A DNA stretch of 64,000 nucleotides from Eledone cirrhosa. Its lineage: Eukaryota. Of the stretch, positions 1 through 17,717 are shown piece by piece; positions within the stretch are counted from its first letter, which is position 1; the number at the start of each line of letters is the position of its first letter. A model generated the notes under the pieces. It saw nothing but the letters and a program-made list of their open reading frames with translations, made no database searches and was not told the origin of the DNA. Location: assembly GCA_964016885.1 (NCBI GenBank), contig OZ024741.1, positions 63,612,001 through 63,676,000 of the forward strand, given 5' to 3'. The translations under genes and the position numbers were made by a program.

Positions 1-500
1 AACTTAAAAGGTAAACAAGTTTTACGATTTAATTTTTGATTATATAAATATATGTATAGAATCTGCAGTACTGAGACTGAGGAGACCACGAATCATGGGA
101 GTATTGAATGCATAGGGAAATGCAGAGTGGGTATAGAGGCACGTAAAATTCCGACCGAGGCGCCAAGCGGTTTCGGCTTGTGTGTTCAGCGCCGTGGTCG
201 GTATTTTACCCCCCACCTCTCTTCCCATTTATTATTATTATCATTACTATTAATATATATATATATATATATATATACGGGATAACAGGTTATCGTTATG
301 GCAGTCCACTTAGATGTAGTCCAGTTGGAGTAGTTCGTTAGTGGATAGATTTAACGTGTGGCTTAGTTTGACTCAACACTCGTTTCCATAGTGATGCTGC
401 GAGTTCGCGGTGATTTCTATGTAGTTTATACTTGGAGTAATAATAATTCAAGAAAGAAGAGTGACATGGTTCACTATACAACAAGGGCTTTATTCACATT

Positions 501-608
501 GCTGACAATTGTTTCTTTGATCTGGCAGGTCTAGAGTTCGCTATACGCCTGATTATGCGCCAATCGACCTCCAATACTTTGTTTATAACCAGTCGTTTTC
601 ATCAGAGC
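501..608 (-). ncRNA. Possible type-I hammerhead ribozyme with long stem II (imperfect)
   Basis: Minus strand reads gct-CTGATGA-(~85 nt with partial pairing gactgg/ccagatc and aggtc/gacct)-GAAAC-aatt-GTC-agc, followed by AATAAA. Stem I is only 3 bp and the base of stem II is mismatched. Confidence 0.45.
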
Positions 609-1226
609 GGGCGAAATGAAAAAGATACATAAGGCATGGTTTTTATATAGGAGTGGTATTAAACCAGAACAATAATATCAATGATAAAATAAAATAACTA
701 GATAGCAGATAGTTAAAATAATAACATCAATATAAGTAAGAGATAGAGTATAATGAAGAATCTAGCATGTTAAACAGACTGATATGATACAGATGTATGG
801 AATTGACATGTGAAAACTGCTATAGAGTACATTAGATATAGTGATGGGTGGCGACTAGATAACAATAACCACTAAAATGTACTTGGAGACAGAATTTATG
901 AGGTATCCACTATGCTGTAGGTATTCTGGCAATAAACCAGAGATTTACTTTTAATTTTTTTATTTGACAGATAAACATTTTCGTTTGATTAATTTAGTGA
1001 TGATGATAGTTTATATGTGGTGTTAAATAGAGTTGTAGATTCGTGATTTAAGTGGCCTATACTAAAGGTAGGGATTGTTAGTTCGAATCGTGGGGGTTTA
1101 GTTTTCACAGCATCAATAACAAATCGTGTATAAATAAGACAGTGATAACAACAAAAATAGAAGCATTAAAGGTAATAAAATAGTAACATGTGCAGATCTA
1201 GTCCTGTAGAAGCTCTTCTATATTAA

Positions 1227-1268
<42 letters not shown>

Positions 1269-1269
1269 A

Positions 1270-1372
1270 TTATTTCTACTTTTGTTACAAGGCGAGCAAT
1301 TATCCCAGTGCATTACTGGTACTTTATTTTATCGACCCCGTAAGGATGAAAGGCAAATTTAACCTCGGAGGG
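1270..1372 (-). mobile_element. tRNA-derived SINE fragment (MetaSINE-like core)
   Basis: tactggtactttattttatcgaccccgtaaggatgaaaggcaaa..aacctcgg; the same sequence occurs at 2248, 31457, 60533 and 62103. Confidence 0.75.
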
Positions 1373-1468
1373 ATATATATAATAATAATAATAAACTTTT
1401 ATATGTCTGCCTCTCTGTTTTTGTTCCCGTCCAGGTTTTCACTATATATATGTAACGGCGATGATTTA

Positions 1469-2037
1469 GTTTTACGAGGATTTTGATATGAAATCGTGTG
1501 TCGAAACAAATATTGTTATACTTGGGGAGGATTATATTTGTCTAATATTGCCAGAATGAATAACAGAACACACTCACTATTTGGTTGGTTTTCGCTTCTG
1601 TGTCTTTTATATCGGTTAATTTAATTTATTCGATCCTCAATGTTACGATTGACTGACCAACGGTTAAAAATACAGATACAATATAGACACAAACACATAT
1701 ATATATAGTCTAACAAAGATGGCATAGGCATACAATGCAATGGGAGGAAACATAATAGCACCACTGACGGTGTTGCAGATGTGCTATGAAAGAACTTTGT
1801 TAGACTATATATATGTGTTTGTGTCTATATTGTATCTGTATTTTTGACCGTTGGTCAGTCAATGGTAACATTGAGGACCGAATAAATTAAATTAACCGAT
1901 ATAAAAGACACAGAAGCGAAAACCAACCAAACAGTGAGTGTGTTCTGTTATTAATTCTGGCAATATTATTACAACCCTCCCCAAGTATAACAATATTTGT
2001 TTCGACACACGATTTCATATCAAAAACCTCGCAAAAC
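1469..2037. mobile_element. Inverted (fold-back) pair of PLE pLTR family A
   Basis: 1469-1718 is the reverse complement of 1795-2037. The sequence matches the 3' repeat of the PLE at 50889-53163. The spacer holds a degenerate hammerhead core (ctgacgg...tgaaagaact). Confidence 0.8.
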
Positions 2038-2139
2038 AAATATATATATATGTAAAAGTTCTATTTAAATTGTTGGGATACAACAAGCAAATATTTTTAT
2101 AACTGATATAAAGCACTCAACAAATATTTGGAGTAAAAA

Positions 2140-2520
2140 TACGATATTAACAAATGGAAACTATATTTATAAAACCATATTTATTTCATTATACATATTT
2201 CAAGGACACCGAGTTAAATTATGGTGTGCTTTCATTAGATAAAATATAATTGTTTCTACTTTCGGCACAAGGCCAGCAATTACCCAGTGTGTTTCTGGTA
2301 CTTTATTTTATCGACCCCGTAAGGACGGATAGTGGACTATCCGGGAGCTTCCAACAGCAATGGTTGCATTCTTTTAGGATATGTCAATATTTATTTATAA
2401 AACTGATCTATATTATATTTTATCTAATGAAAGCACACCATAATTTAATTTGGTGTCCTTGAAATATGTATAATGAAATAAATATAGTTTTATAAATATA
2501 GTTTCCATTTGTTAATATCG
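2140..2520. repeat. Inverted repeat with SINE fragment in the spacer
   Basis: acgatattaacaaatggaaactatatttataaaac...tttcattagataaaatataat (2140-2250) is mirrored at 2413-2521. A SINE piece lies at 2248-2325. Confidence 0.7.
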
Positions 2521-2570
2521 TATATATATATATATATATATATATATAAGTGTGCGTGTATGTATGTATG

Positions 2571-2617
<47 letters not shown>

Positions 2618-2747
2618 GTGAGGTTTTTTTACAAAATGAAAAATAACCGAGGTGTCCTACACGAGTGAAAGTATAAAGAAAAAGAGATGAAATCGAAAAT
2701 GCAACTGAAGTCTTATTTTTTTTTTAAATATATATATTTATTTGGTT

Positions 2748-2785
2748 CCTTTACCGGTTTCGCAGTTCTTCTGCTTTTCAAAAGG
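2748..2785 (-). ncRNA. Minimal type-I hammerhead ribozyme, U3-A8 core variant
   Basis: cctt-TTGAAAA-gcag aagaa ctgc-GAAA-ccgGTA-aagg. Stem I cctt/aagg, stem II gcag/ctgc, palindromic stem III accggt, GUA cleavage triplet. It lies in sense orientation downstream of the PLE ORF. Confidence 0.8.
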
Positions 2786-2906
2786 TGAGTTGAGATGGAG
2801 GGTCTGTGGTTTTTCTCACATCTGGTTGGTCTCTGAATGTTACTTGTTTTATATGGAAAAAGTGGCTCGAAATTCCAGGTTTTTAGAGAAGTAATTTGAT
2901 TGGTTT

Positions 2907-2958
2907 ACTCTTTTACCTGTTTCAGCCATCCGGCTGAGGCCATGCTGGGGCACCGCCC
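2907..2958 (-). mobile_element. 52-bp 5'-truncated retroposon 3' tail with TTGGTTT target-site duplication
   Basis: Absent from the homologous copy near 23595. Flanked by ttggttt at 2900-2906 and 2959-2965. The sequence ggcggtgccccagcatggcc..gaaacaggtaaaagagt resembles an octopus SINE 3' end (from memory). Confidence 0.7.
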
Positions 2959-3889
2959 TTGGTTTGTCAATAATTATAATAAATTTCGCGCCAGTTCGCG
3001 TTACAATAGTTCTTCAAATAAGAGAGGGGGGGTTGTCAGGTTGTTTTTTCATATATGAGTGTTTGAATTTCTTTTTACTTGAAAAAAGGAGGCTCACGAA
3101 GGCTTTTTTTTGGTTGGTTATAAATGAAATTTGGCTGTCACGTGAACAAGTTTTTATTACATATTTGCGCCCTTATTTGGAAAACTATTCTGTAGTCTTT
3201 ATAGTGAATGTTATGACAATGGAGAGATAGTGGTCAAGAGAAAAAGGATTGGGAGAAATGTTCTGGTTCAGTGAATATGGCCAGCTCGCCGGGGTGTCAG
3301 AGTTCAGATTTTCTATTGAGACTGAAGATATGTATGTTTATTTGTGTGCTTGTATGTGTGTATGTGTGTGTGTGTGTGTGTGTATGTGTGTGTGTGTGTA
3401 TGTGTGTATTGGAAGATGATTCTATTAGTAGAGATTGGGGAGGGAGTTGTGTGTGTGTGTATATGGGTGTTATGTGTGTGTGTGCGAGTATGTTAAGATG
3501 GAGAGAATATATATTTTGTGTGTGTGTATATATATATGTGTGTAGGAAAGTGGTTCTATTAGTAGAAATGGGGAGGGAGTTGTGGGTGTGGGGGTTGTTA
3601 TGTATGTGTATGGGTGTTATGCGTGTGGGAGTATGGTTAGCATGTTAAGATGAAGAGAATATATATATATATATATTGTGTGTGTGTGTATGTGTGTGTG
3701 TAGGAAAGTGATTCCTTTAGTAGGAATATTTTTGAATGAACATATTTTCCTTACTTTTTCGTGTTTGCTGTTGTATTGCCAGTGCAAACGTATGTTAAGG
3801 TTTATTTAGTTCGGGTTTTTATTTTCTAAAGTAGAAGGTGTTATGTGTGTGTGTGTGTATGTCATATTGTGGTGTTGACATAATGTATA

Positions 3890-6110
3890 TTAAACCTTAT
3901 TTAATGTTGGTCTATATTTTTGAATAAACATATTTTCCTTATTTATTCGCATTTGTTCTGTTGTATTGTTAGCGCAAAGGTAAAATGGGAAGACTTGGAA
4001 TTTGGGTGTCTTATTACTTGCGCAAATGTCTAGATGTGCACTTAGTGGTATCTGTCTCGTGGTTGGATCTCGTAATTGTTGGCGATGAACTGTCATTCTG
4101 TTTCTGAGTGTGAGTTTAGTTTGTCCTATATAATCTTCATTGCATCCTTTACATTTAATGGCATAAATTAGATTTTTTGATGAGCAAGTGAAGTGATTTT
4201 TAGGTGTAAAATTTTGTCCTGATTTAAATGTATACGTGTTGCCTTCAATGAGGTGAGTGCAGGTTCCACAATTAGAGCGACCACATTTTTTTGATACTTG
4301 GTTGTGGGTTTGTGGTAGGTAATTTGGCATTGGTGAGTAATGTTTTCAGTGATTTTGGTTGTCTTTTGCTTTTGATTATTTTGTGTGTTTCAAGGGCTTT
4401 TTTCATTCTTGGGTTTTGTTTTAGTAGTGGGATGTTATTGTGAATAGTGTTGTAAGCTTCCGCATTTCTTGGGTTGTGTGTTGAGATATATGATAGAATA
4501 TTCAACGTACCTTGAATTTGTTTCTGTTTCCGTAATTCATCAATGCCTATTGCTTTAGCCCTTTCTATTCCATTATTTATTAGTAATACTGGGTACTCTC
4601 TCTCAAGTAGAATTTCCTTTAATTCTTGAAGTCTTTTATTTCGCGTTTCATAATTGGAGACAATTGTGCAAATTCTTCTTGCTAGGTTAAAAGGAATGTT
4701 CGTCTTCGTGTGCTTTGGATGGTTGGAGGTGAATAGCAGATATTGTTTGGAATCTGTTGGTTTGTAGTGTATGTCAGTTTCGATATTTGTGTCTTTTTTT
4801 GTGATTAAGATGTCCAGAAATGGGAGTTGATCTTGGCTGTATTCCATTGTGAATTGGATGTGGTTATTGATGCCGTTTATTAAGTTTTTGAAATCCTTCA
4901 GTTGGTCGAGTGTGTGGGACCAAAGAATGAGGCAATCATCCAAGTAGCGTTTCCAATTCTCTGATAAATATTTGTGGAAGTTCAATCCGTATTTTGATTT
5001 GGACTGTTCATATATCTGGACTTCTAAGTATGCCATGACTAAGTTGGCATAAGTTGGAGCGGCTTTTGTGCCCATCGCAGTCCCCGATATTTTCTTGTAA
5101 GTATTGCCATCGAAATCAAAAAAGTTGTTCTGTAGGTTGAATTTTAATCCCTCGGTGATGAAGCTTTTTTCTATTCTGTCAGGTATCTCATTGGGATATT
5201 TCTCTAGCTAGAATCCTATTGCTTCTAGTCCGTATTGGTGTGGGATCGTTGTGTAGAGATTCACTACATCGAAAGACACAATAATAGTGTCGTTGTTGAC
5301 ATGTTTGGGGAGGTGGTTTAAGAGGTCCAGATCGTCTCTTACAAGGCTTGGTATGTGTTTCAGTATTGGTTTCAGTAGTATGTCTATAAAGTTGCTCAAT
5401 CTGTGTGTTTCACATTGTGGGCCCGCTACAATTGGTCTTAATTTAAGGTCTGTGGGGTATTGTGTGTTCACGCAGGCCGAGGTGGATTGTTTACAGGCAT
5501 CGTTGATTATTTTACATTTGTGGATCTTCGGAAGTCCGTAAAGGTTGCTGGTTTTGTATTCAAAATTTGTTAAATAATCGCGTTTCCTTTTTAGTTAGGT
5601 CTTCCTGGTATCGATAAATCAGTGTGTTTAATTTGGTCATTATTTTTGATTGCTGGTAGTTTTTTACTCTTTCATAGTAATTAGTATTTTGTAAGAGAGA
5701 GAACATAGAATTTTTATATTTTTCAGCCTCCATAATGACAACAGTACTTCCCTTGTCCGCTTCCTTAATTACAATGTCCGTATTGTTTTTTAGTTCATGG
5801 ATAATCTCCCATTCCCTTCGACTTGTGTTGGGTTTGGGTTTAGGTTGCGGTAGTTCATGGGTATGGGAAGGTAGCTATGTGGTCACAAAATTTGTCCAGA
5901 ACTCTGTTTCTACCTTTTGTTGGGTTGTAGCTGCTTTTATTCCGTACAATTGATTCGTCGTTATTCTCCTTGTCAAAGAATTCCTCTGTGAGACGTAATT
6001 TTCTACAGAAGTGTGAGATTTCGTCATTTATCTCGTTGGGGTTAGGGTATTGTGGTGTGAATTTCAGACCTTTGGAGAGAATTTTTACTTGTTGGGCTGA
6101 GAGGTTTGTA
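3890..6110 (-). pseudogene. PLE reverse transcriptase-GIY-YIG endonuclease ORF, disrupted
   Basis: ORFs 5208-5471, 4272-5075 and 3890-4330 (NLIYAIKCKGCNEDYIGQT..RMTVH..E..FIQKYRPTLN). There is an in-frame TAG at 5208-5210 and frameshifts near 4300 and 5590. Confidence 0.9.
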
Positions 6111-6177
6111 TTTGAAATAATTATTTTCGGTTTTTCAAATCGTTTTGTGCCACTGGGTGTCGTGAGCCCTGTAGTCC

Positions 6178-6212
<35 letters not shown>

Positions 6213-6213
6213 G

Positions 6214-6316
<103 letters not shown>

Positions 6317-6325
6317 ATATATATG

Positions 6326-6887
<562 letters not shown>

Positions 6888-6890
6888 TAG

Positions 6891-7014
<124 letters not shown>

Positions 7015-7031
7015 ATATATATATATATATA

Positions 7032-7465
7032 GTTTTGCGAGGTTTTTTATATGAAATCGTGTGTCGAAACAGATATTGTTATATTTGGGGAGGGTCATAT
7101 TTGCGTAATATTGCCAGAATTAATAACAGAACACACTCACTGTTTGGTTGGTTTTCGCTTCTCGCTGTATTTTATATATATATATCTGCGATCTAACTTA
7201 CTCGGTCCTCAATGTTGCCATTGACTGACCGGCGGTCAAAAATAATACAGATACAATATAGACAAACACATATATATATAGTTTACATAAATCTTTCGTT
7301 GCACATCTGCAACATCGTCAGTGGTGTTATATTCATCGAGTAAGTTAGATCGCAGATATATATATATAAAAGACAGCGAGAAGCGAAAACCAACCAAACA
7401 GTGAGTGTGTTCTGTTATTAATTCTGGCAATATTACGCAAATATGACCCTCCCCAAATATAACAA
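7032..7465. mobile_element. Inverted pair of PLE pLTR family A in (TA)n
   Basis: Minus copy 7032-7335 includes CTGACGA-t-gttgca gatg tgcaac-GAAA at 7285-7326. It is followed by a plus copy at 7337-7465. Confidence 0.8.
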
Positions 7466-7890
<425 letters not shown>

Positions 7891-8080
7891 GTATATATAT
7901 ATGTGTATATATATATATGTATATATATATATGTATATATATATATGTATATATGTATATATGTATATATGTATATATGTATATATATATATGTATATAT
8001 ATATATGTATATATGTATATATGTATATATATATATGTATATATATATATGTATATATGTATATATGTATATATGTATAT

Positions 8081-8598
8081 AGGAACCAGTAAGACCCCGA
8101 CAGCTGAGCTCAAGCCGTTTCGACGGCTAATTCTGGACTAAATGAACATTTATCCTGGTATTTAAATAGCCGATCTTCTCAAGGGGTAATTCCATATATG
8201 GTCAAAGTGATTGTCAAAAATCAGTAGTAATTCTGTGGTTGCAAATTAGTAGGGGAGATGGTGGCTAAACCTGCCAGTAGGAGAAAGAGGGGAGGGGGTG
8301 GAGTAGACCCAATCAAGCGTTGGTAGTGCCAGCTACAGCTGGGCATGAGGTCAAAGAAGATACAGGGGAGGGGGAGGGGGAGGAAGTCGGAACGGTAGGT
8401 AGAACAATGGGGGGTAGAAATAGGAAAGAAAAAATACTGAGAGTGAAGAAAAGCAAATAAGTGTAAAGAAAAAATTAAATTCTACGACCTAGGTGTCAGG
8501 CTATTGTTAGGCGAGAATAAAATAAAGAAAGAAAGAAAGAAGTAAATAAATAAATAAATAAATAAATAAGGAAATAAGTAAAAGAACTAGGTGGGACG
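8081..8598 (-). mobile_element. Solo PLE-type pLTR (family B)
   Basis: A pyrimidine-rich tract on the minus strand leads into a hammerhead and ends at (TA)n. The terminal ~60 bp recur at 23063, 29551 and 53311. Confidence 0.65.
8094..8187 (-). ncRNA. Type-I hammerhead ribozyme, U3-A8 variant, extended stems II and III
   Basis: acccc-TTGAGAA-ga(t)cggcta...tagccgtc-GAAA-cggct tgagctc agct-GTC-ggggt. Stem I is 5 bp, stem III is 6 bp, and the cleavage triplet is GUC. Confidence 0.8.
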
Positions 8599-8629
<31 letters not shown>

Positions 8630-8774
8630 GTATATGTATATATATGTATATATATATATGTATATATGTATATATATATATGTATATATATATATATGTA
8701 TATATATATATGTATATATATGTATATATATATATGTATATATGTATATATATATATGTATATATATATATATG

Positions 8775-8851
<77 letters not shown>

Positions 8852-8932
8852 GTATATATGTATATATATGTATATATGTATATATATGTATATATATGTA
8901 TATATATATATATGTATATATGTATATATATG

Positions 8933-9185
<253 letters not shown>

Positions 9186-9318
9186 GTATATATATATATG
9201 TATATATATATATGTATATATATATATGTATATATATATGTATATATATATATGTATATATATATGTATATATATATATGTATATATATATATGTATATA
9301 TATATATGTATATATATG

Positions 9319-9373
<55 letters not shown>

Positions 9374-9388
9374 GTATATATATATATG

Positions 9389-9419
<31 letters not shown>

Positions 9420-9465
9420 GTATATATATATATACATATATATATACATATATATATATATATAC

Positions 9466-9496
<31 letters not shown>

Positions 9497-9519
9497 CATA
9501 TATATATACATATATATAC

Positions 9520-9612
<93 letters not shown>

Positions 9613-9614
9613 CA

Positions 9615-9809
<195 letters not shown>

Positions 9810-9845
9810 CATATATATATACATATATATATATATACATATGTA

Positions 9846-9876
<31 letters not shown>

Positions 9877-9895
9877 ATATATATATGTATATATG

Positions 9896-9974
<79 letters not shown>

Positions 9975-10011
9975 GTATATATGTATATATATATATGTAT
10001 ATGTATATATG

Positions 10012-10098
<87 letters not shown>

Positions 10099-10295
10099 GT
10101 ATATATATATATGTATATATATATATGTATATATATATATGTATATATATATATGTATATATATATATGTATATATATATATGTATATATATATATGTAT
10201 ATATATATATGTATATATATATATGTATATATATATATGTATATATATATATGTATATATATATATGTATATATATATATGTATATATATATATG

Positions 10296-10342
<47 letters not shown>

Positions 10343-10381
10343 GTATAAATATATGTATATATATGTATATGTATATATATG

Positions 10382-10508
<127 letters not shown>

Positions 10509-10509
10509 G

Positions 10510-10540
<31 letters not shown>

Positions 10541-10549
10541 GTATATATG

Positions 10550-10596
<47 letters not shown>

Positions 10597-10599
10597 GTG

Positions 10600-10630
<31 letters not shown>

Positions 10631-10704
10631 GTATATGTATATATATATATATGTCTGCTGGATAAGTGGAGTGTTATACACCCCTGATCCTTTCCCCAGC
10701 ATAC

Positions 10705-10736
<32 letters not shown>

Positions 10737-10742
10737 TGTATG

Positions 10743-10775
<33 letters not shown>

Positions 10776-10777
10776 GA

Positions 10778-10833
<56 letters not shown>

Positions 10834-10835
10834 GA

Positions 10836-10955
<120 letters not shown>

Positions 10956-10989
10956 GGTTATAGATCACTTGAAGCATTGTGTAATGAGG

Positions 10990-11168
10990 TATAAACGTTA
11001 GAATATGTGTAATAAGGCCAAGACAATGCAGATATGGACATAGAAAAAAGAATGCAATAGTGAGAGATGAAAGACGAATTCTCATCAATATCTCTCACTA
11101 TTGCATTCTTTTTTCTATGTCCATATCTGCATGGTCTTGGCCTTATTACACATATTCTAATGTTTATA
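10990..11168. repeat. Near-perfect fold-back inverted repeat island in (TA)n
   Basis: 10990-11068 is the reverse complement of 11090-11168, with a 21-nt spacer. Confidence 0.85.
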
Positions 11169-11190
11169 TATATATGTATATATGTATATG

Positions 11191-11242
<52 letters not shown>

Positions 11243-11254
11243 TATATGTGTATG

Positions 11255-11288
<34 letters not shown>

Positions 11289-11296
11289 TTTGTATG

Positions 11297-11327
<31 letters not shown>

Positions 11328-11354
11328 GTATATGTATATATATATATGTATATG

Positions 11355-11388
<34 letters not shown>

Positions 11389-11396
11389 TGTGTATG

Positions 11397-11430
<34 letters not shown>

Positions 11431-11436
11431 TGTATG

Positions 11437-11467
<31 letters not shown>

Positions 11468-11684
11468 GTATATGTATATATATATATGTATATGTATATG
11501 TATATATATATATATGTATATGTATATATATATATGTATATGTATATATATATATATGTATATGTATATATATATATATGTATATGTATATATATATATG
11601 TATGTATATATATATATATATATGTATATGTATATATATGTATATGTATATATATGTATATGTATATGTATATATATGTATATG

Positions 11685-11731
<47 letters not shown>

Positions 11732-11761
11732 GTGTATATATATATATATATGTATATATGT

Positions 11762-11817
<56 letters not shown>

Positions 11818-11898
11818 GTATATATATGTATATATATATGTATATATATATATATGTATATGTATATATATGTATATGTATATATATGTATATGTATA

Positions 11899-11939
<41 letters not shown>

Positions 11940-11972
11940 GTATATATATGTATATGTATATATATGTATATG

Positions 11973-12047
<75 letters not shown>

Positions 12048-12054
12048 GTATATG

Positions 12055-12088
<34 letters not shown>

Positions 12089-12096
12089 TGTATATG

Positions 12097-12127
<31 letters not shown>

Positions 12128-12184
12128 GTATATGTATATATATATATGTATATATATATATATGTATATGTATATATATATATG

Positions 12185-12241
<57 letters not shown>

Positions 12242-12265
12242 GTATATATATATGTATATGTATAT

Positions 12266-12399
<134 letters not shown>

Positions 12400-12405
12400 G
12401 TATGT

Positions 12406-12440
<35 letters not shown>

Positions 12441-12472
12441 ATATATATATATGTATGTATATATGTATATAT

Positions 12473-12556
<84 letters not shown>

Positions 12557-12599
12557 GTACATATGTATATATGTATATATATATATATATGTATATATG

Positions 12600-12652
<53 letters not shown>

Positions 12653-12675
12653 ATATATATATATATGTATATATG

Positions 12676-12921
<246 letters not shown>

Positions 12922-13214
12922 CAAACAAATAACGAAACGAAATTAAATTTCGTTTCGTTTGTAACTCACTTTTGTATGACTGACGCTTAAACAATTAAGT
13001 TAAAGATGTACATCCATATATGTATACTGAAATACTAGTATGTATATGAATACACACACGTATACATATGTAGATGTACCGAGTTTTTTCACTGGTCACT
13101 TTACTGTGAGTGGCCAGCTATTCTGTATGTAAACACACAGACAAACCGGTTTTTAGAGTCATACTGGTTTTTGAGGAAACACCTTTCCTCTATTCTCCAG
13201 AAAGCCAGACAAGG

Positions 13215-13259
13215 AATATTGAACTAGTTTCGTTGTTGTTACAACTCATCAGCAATATT
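13215..13259 (-). ncRNA. Minimal type-I hammerhead ribozyme
   Basis: Reverse complement of the motif at 13795-13839. Confidence 0.82.
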
Positions 13260-13794
13260 TACCTATCTTCCGGCCTCTCTAGAGAATCGTAAAAGCACAT
13301 ATCGTTATATGCTTTTTCTATGAAAATTAGTAGTGGGCAGACTAATTTGCATAGAGTGTGAGTAAGTACCGGTTCAACGGAGACGATAAAAACAAATAAC
13401 GAAACGAAATTAAATTTCGTTTCGTTTGTAACTCACTTTTGTATGACTGACGCTTAAACAATTAAGTTAACGATGTACATCCATATATGTATACTGAAAT
13501 ACTAGTATGTATATGAATACACACACGTATACATATGTAGATGTACCAAGTTTTTTCACTGGTCACTTTACTGTGAGTGGCCAGCTATTCTGTATGTAAA
13601 CACACAGACAAACCGGTTTTTAGAGTCATACTGGTTTTTGAGGAAACACCTTTCCTCTATTCTCCAGAAAGCCAGACTCACACGGTACTTACTCACACTC
13701 TATGCAAATTAGTCTGCCCACTACTAATTTTCATAGAAAAAGCATATAACGATATGTGCTTTTACGATTCTCTAGAGAGGCCGGAAGATAGGTA

Positions 13795-13839
13795 AATATT
13801 GCTGATGAGTTGTAACAACAACGAAACTAGTTCAATATT
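13795..13839 (+). ncRNA. Minimal type-I hammerhead ribozyme
   Basis: aatattg-CTGATGA-gttgt aaca acaac-GAAA-ctaGTT-caatatt. 7-bp stem I, 5-bp stem II, palindromic stem III actagt, GUU triplet. Confidence 0.85.
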
Positions 13840-14078
13840 CCTTGTCTGGCTTTCTGGTGAATAGAGGAAAGGTGTTTCCTCAAAAACCAGTATGTCTCTA
13901 AAAACCGGTTTGTCTGTGTGTTTACATACAGAATAGCTGGCCACTCACAGTAAAGTGACCAGTGAAAAAACTTGGTACATCTACATATGTATACGTGTGT
14001 GTATTCATATACATACTAGTAGTGCAGTGGGTGTACATGTGTGGATGGTACATCTTGAACTTATTGTTTAGATATATG

Positions 14079-14190
<112 letters not shown>

Positions 14191-14266
14191 TGTATATATA
14201 TGATATATATATGTATATATATTATATATATATATATGTATATGTTATATATATATATGTATATAT

Positions 14267-14335
<69 letters not shown>

Positions 14336-14438
14336 GTATATATATGTATATATATATATATGTATATATATGTAGTATATATATGTATATATATATATGT
14401 ATATATATATTATATATATATATATATATGTATATATA

Positions 14439-14726
<288 letters not shown>

Positions 14727-14750
14727 TATACATATATACATATATACGTA

Positions 14751-14824
<74 letters not shown>

Positions 14825-14828
14825 CATA

Positions 14829-15007
<179 letters not shown>

Positions 15008-15022
15008 GTATATATATATATG

Positions 15023-15192
<170 letters not shown>

Positions 15193-15197
15193 ATATG

Positions 15198-15246
<49 letters not shown>

Positions 15247-15247
15247 G

Positions 15248-15344
<97 letters not shown>

Positions 15345-15345
15345 G

Positions 15346-15607
<262 letters not shown>

Positions 15608-15633
15608 TATACATATATACATATATACGTATA

Positions 15634-15705
<72 letters not shown>

Positions 15706-15709
15706 CATA

Positions 15710-15894
<185 letters not shown>

Positions 15895-15925
15895 GTATAT
15901 ATATATATGTATATATATATATATG

Positions 15926-16072
<147 letters not shown>

Positions 16073-16077
16073 ATATG

Positions 16078-16141
<64 letters not shown>

Positions 16142-16160
16142 CATATATATATATTTATAC

Positions 16161-17070
<910 letters not shown>

Positions 17071-17074
17071 TATG

Positions 17075-17602
<528 letters not shown>

Positions 17603-17603
17603 C

Positions 17604-17671
<68 letters not shown>

Positions 17672-17717
17672 TGTATATAAAATATTAAACAAATAATGAA
17701 TAAACAATTTCTTATAT

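Larger units (their letters stand above)
2660..6175 (-). mobile_element. Penelope-like retroelement (RT + GIY-YIG + 3' pLTR), decayed
   Basis: Minus-strand motifs LSKGLKFTP (~6050-6080), IVIKEADKGSTVVIM (~5730-5780), LRPIVAG..SFDVVNLYTTIP, GTAMGTKAAPTYANL, RYLDD, LPFLDI, YKPTD..YL, then GIY-YIG. The 3' region 2660-3890 has a hammerhead and recurs at 23370-24270. Confidence 0.92.
12922..14060. mobile_element. Composite direct + inverted pLTR-like repeat island with two hammerheads
   Basis: 12922-13210 is directly repeated at 13391-13677. About 13040-13372 is inverted at 13683-14020. Confidence 0.75.

Noticed and set aside
2964-3230. Plus-strand ORF with REQVFITYLRPYLEN, superficially like a GIY-YIG C-terminus
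   Set aside because: It is antisense to the PLE 3' UTR and has no upstream GIY/YIG motifs; probably coincidental.
13110-13944. Three repeated 60-72 aa ORFs (MASYSVCKH...)
   Set aside because: They are antisense to the hammerhead-bearing repeat, start at GTG and show no recognisable domain.
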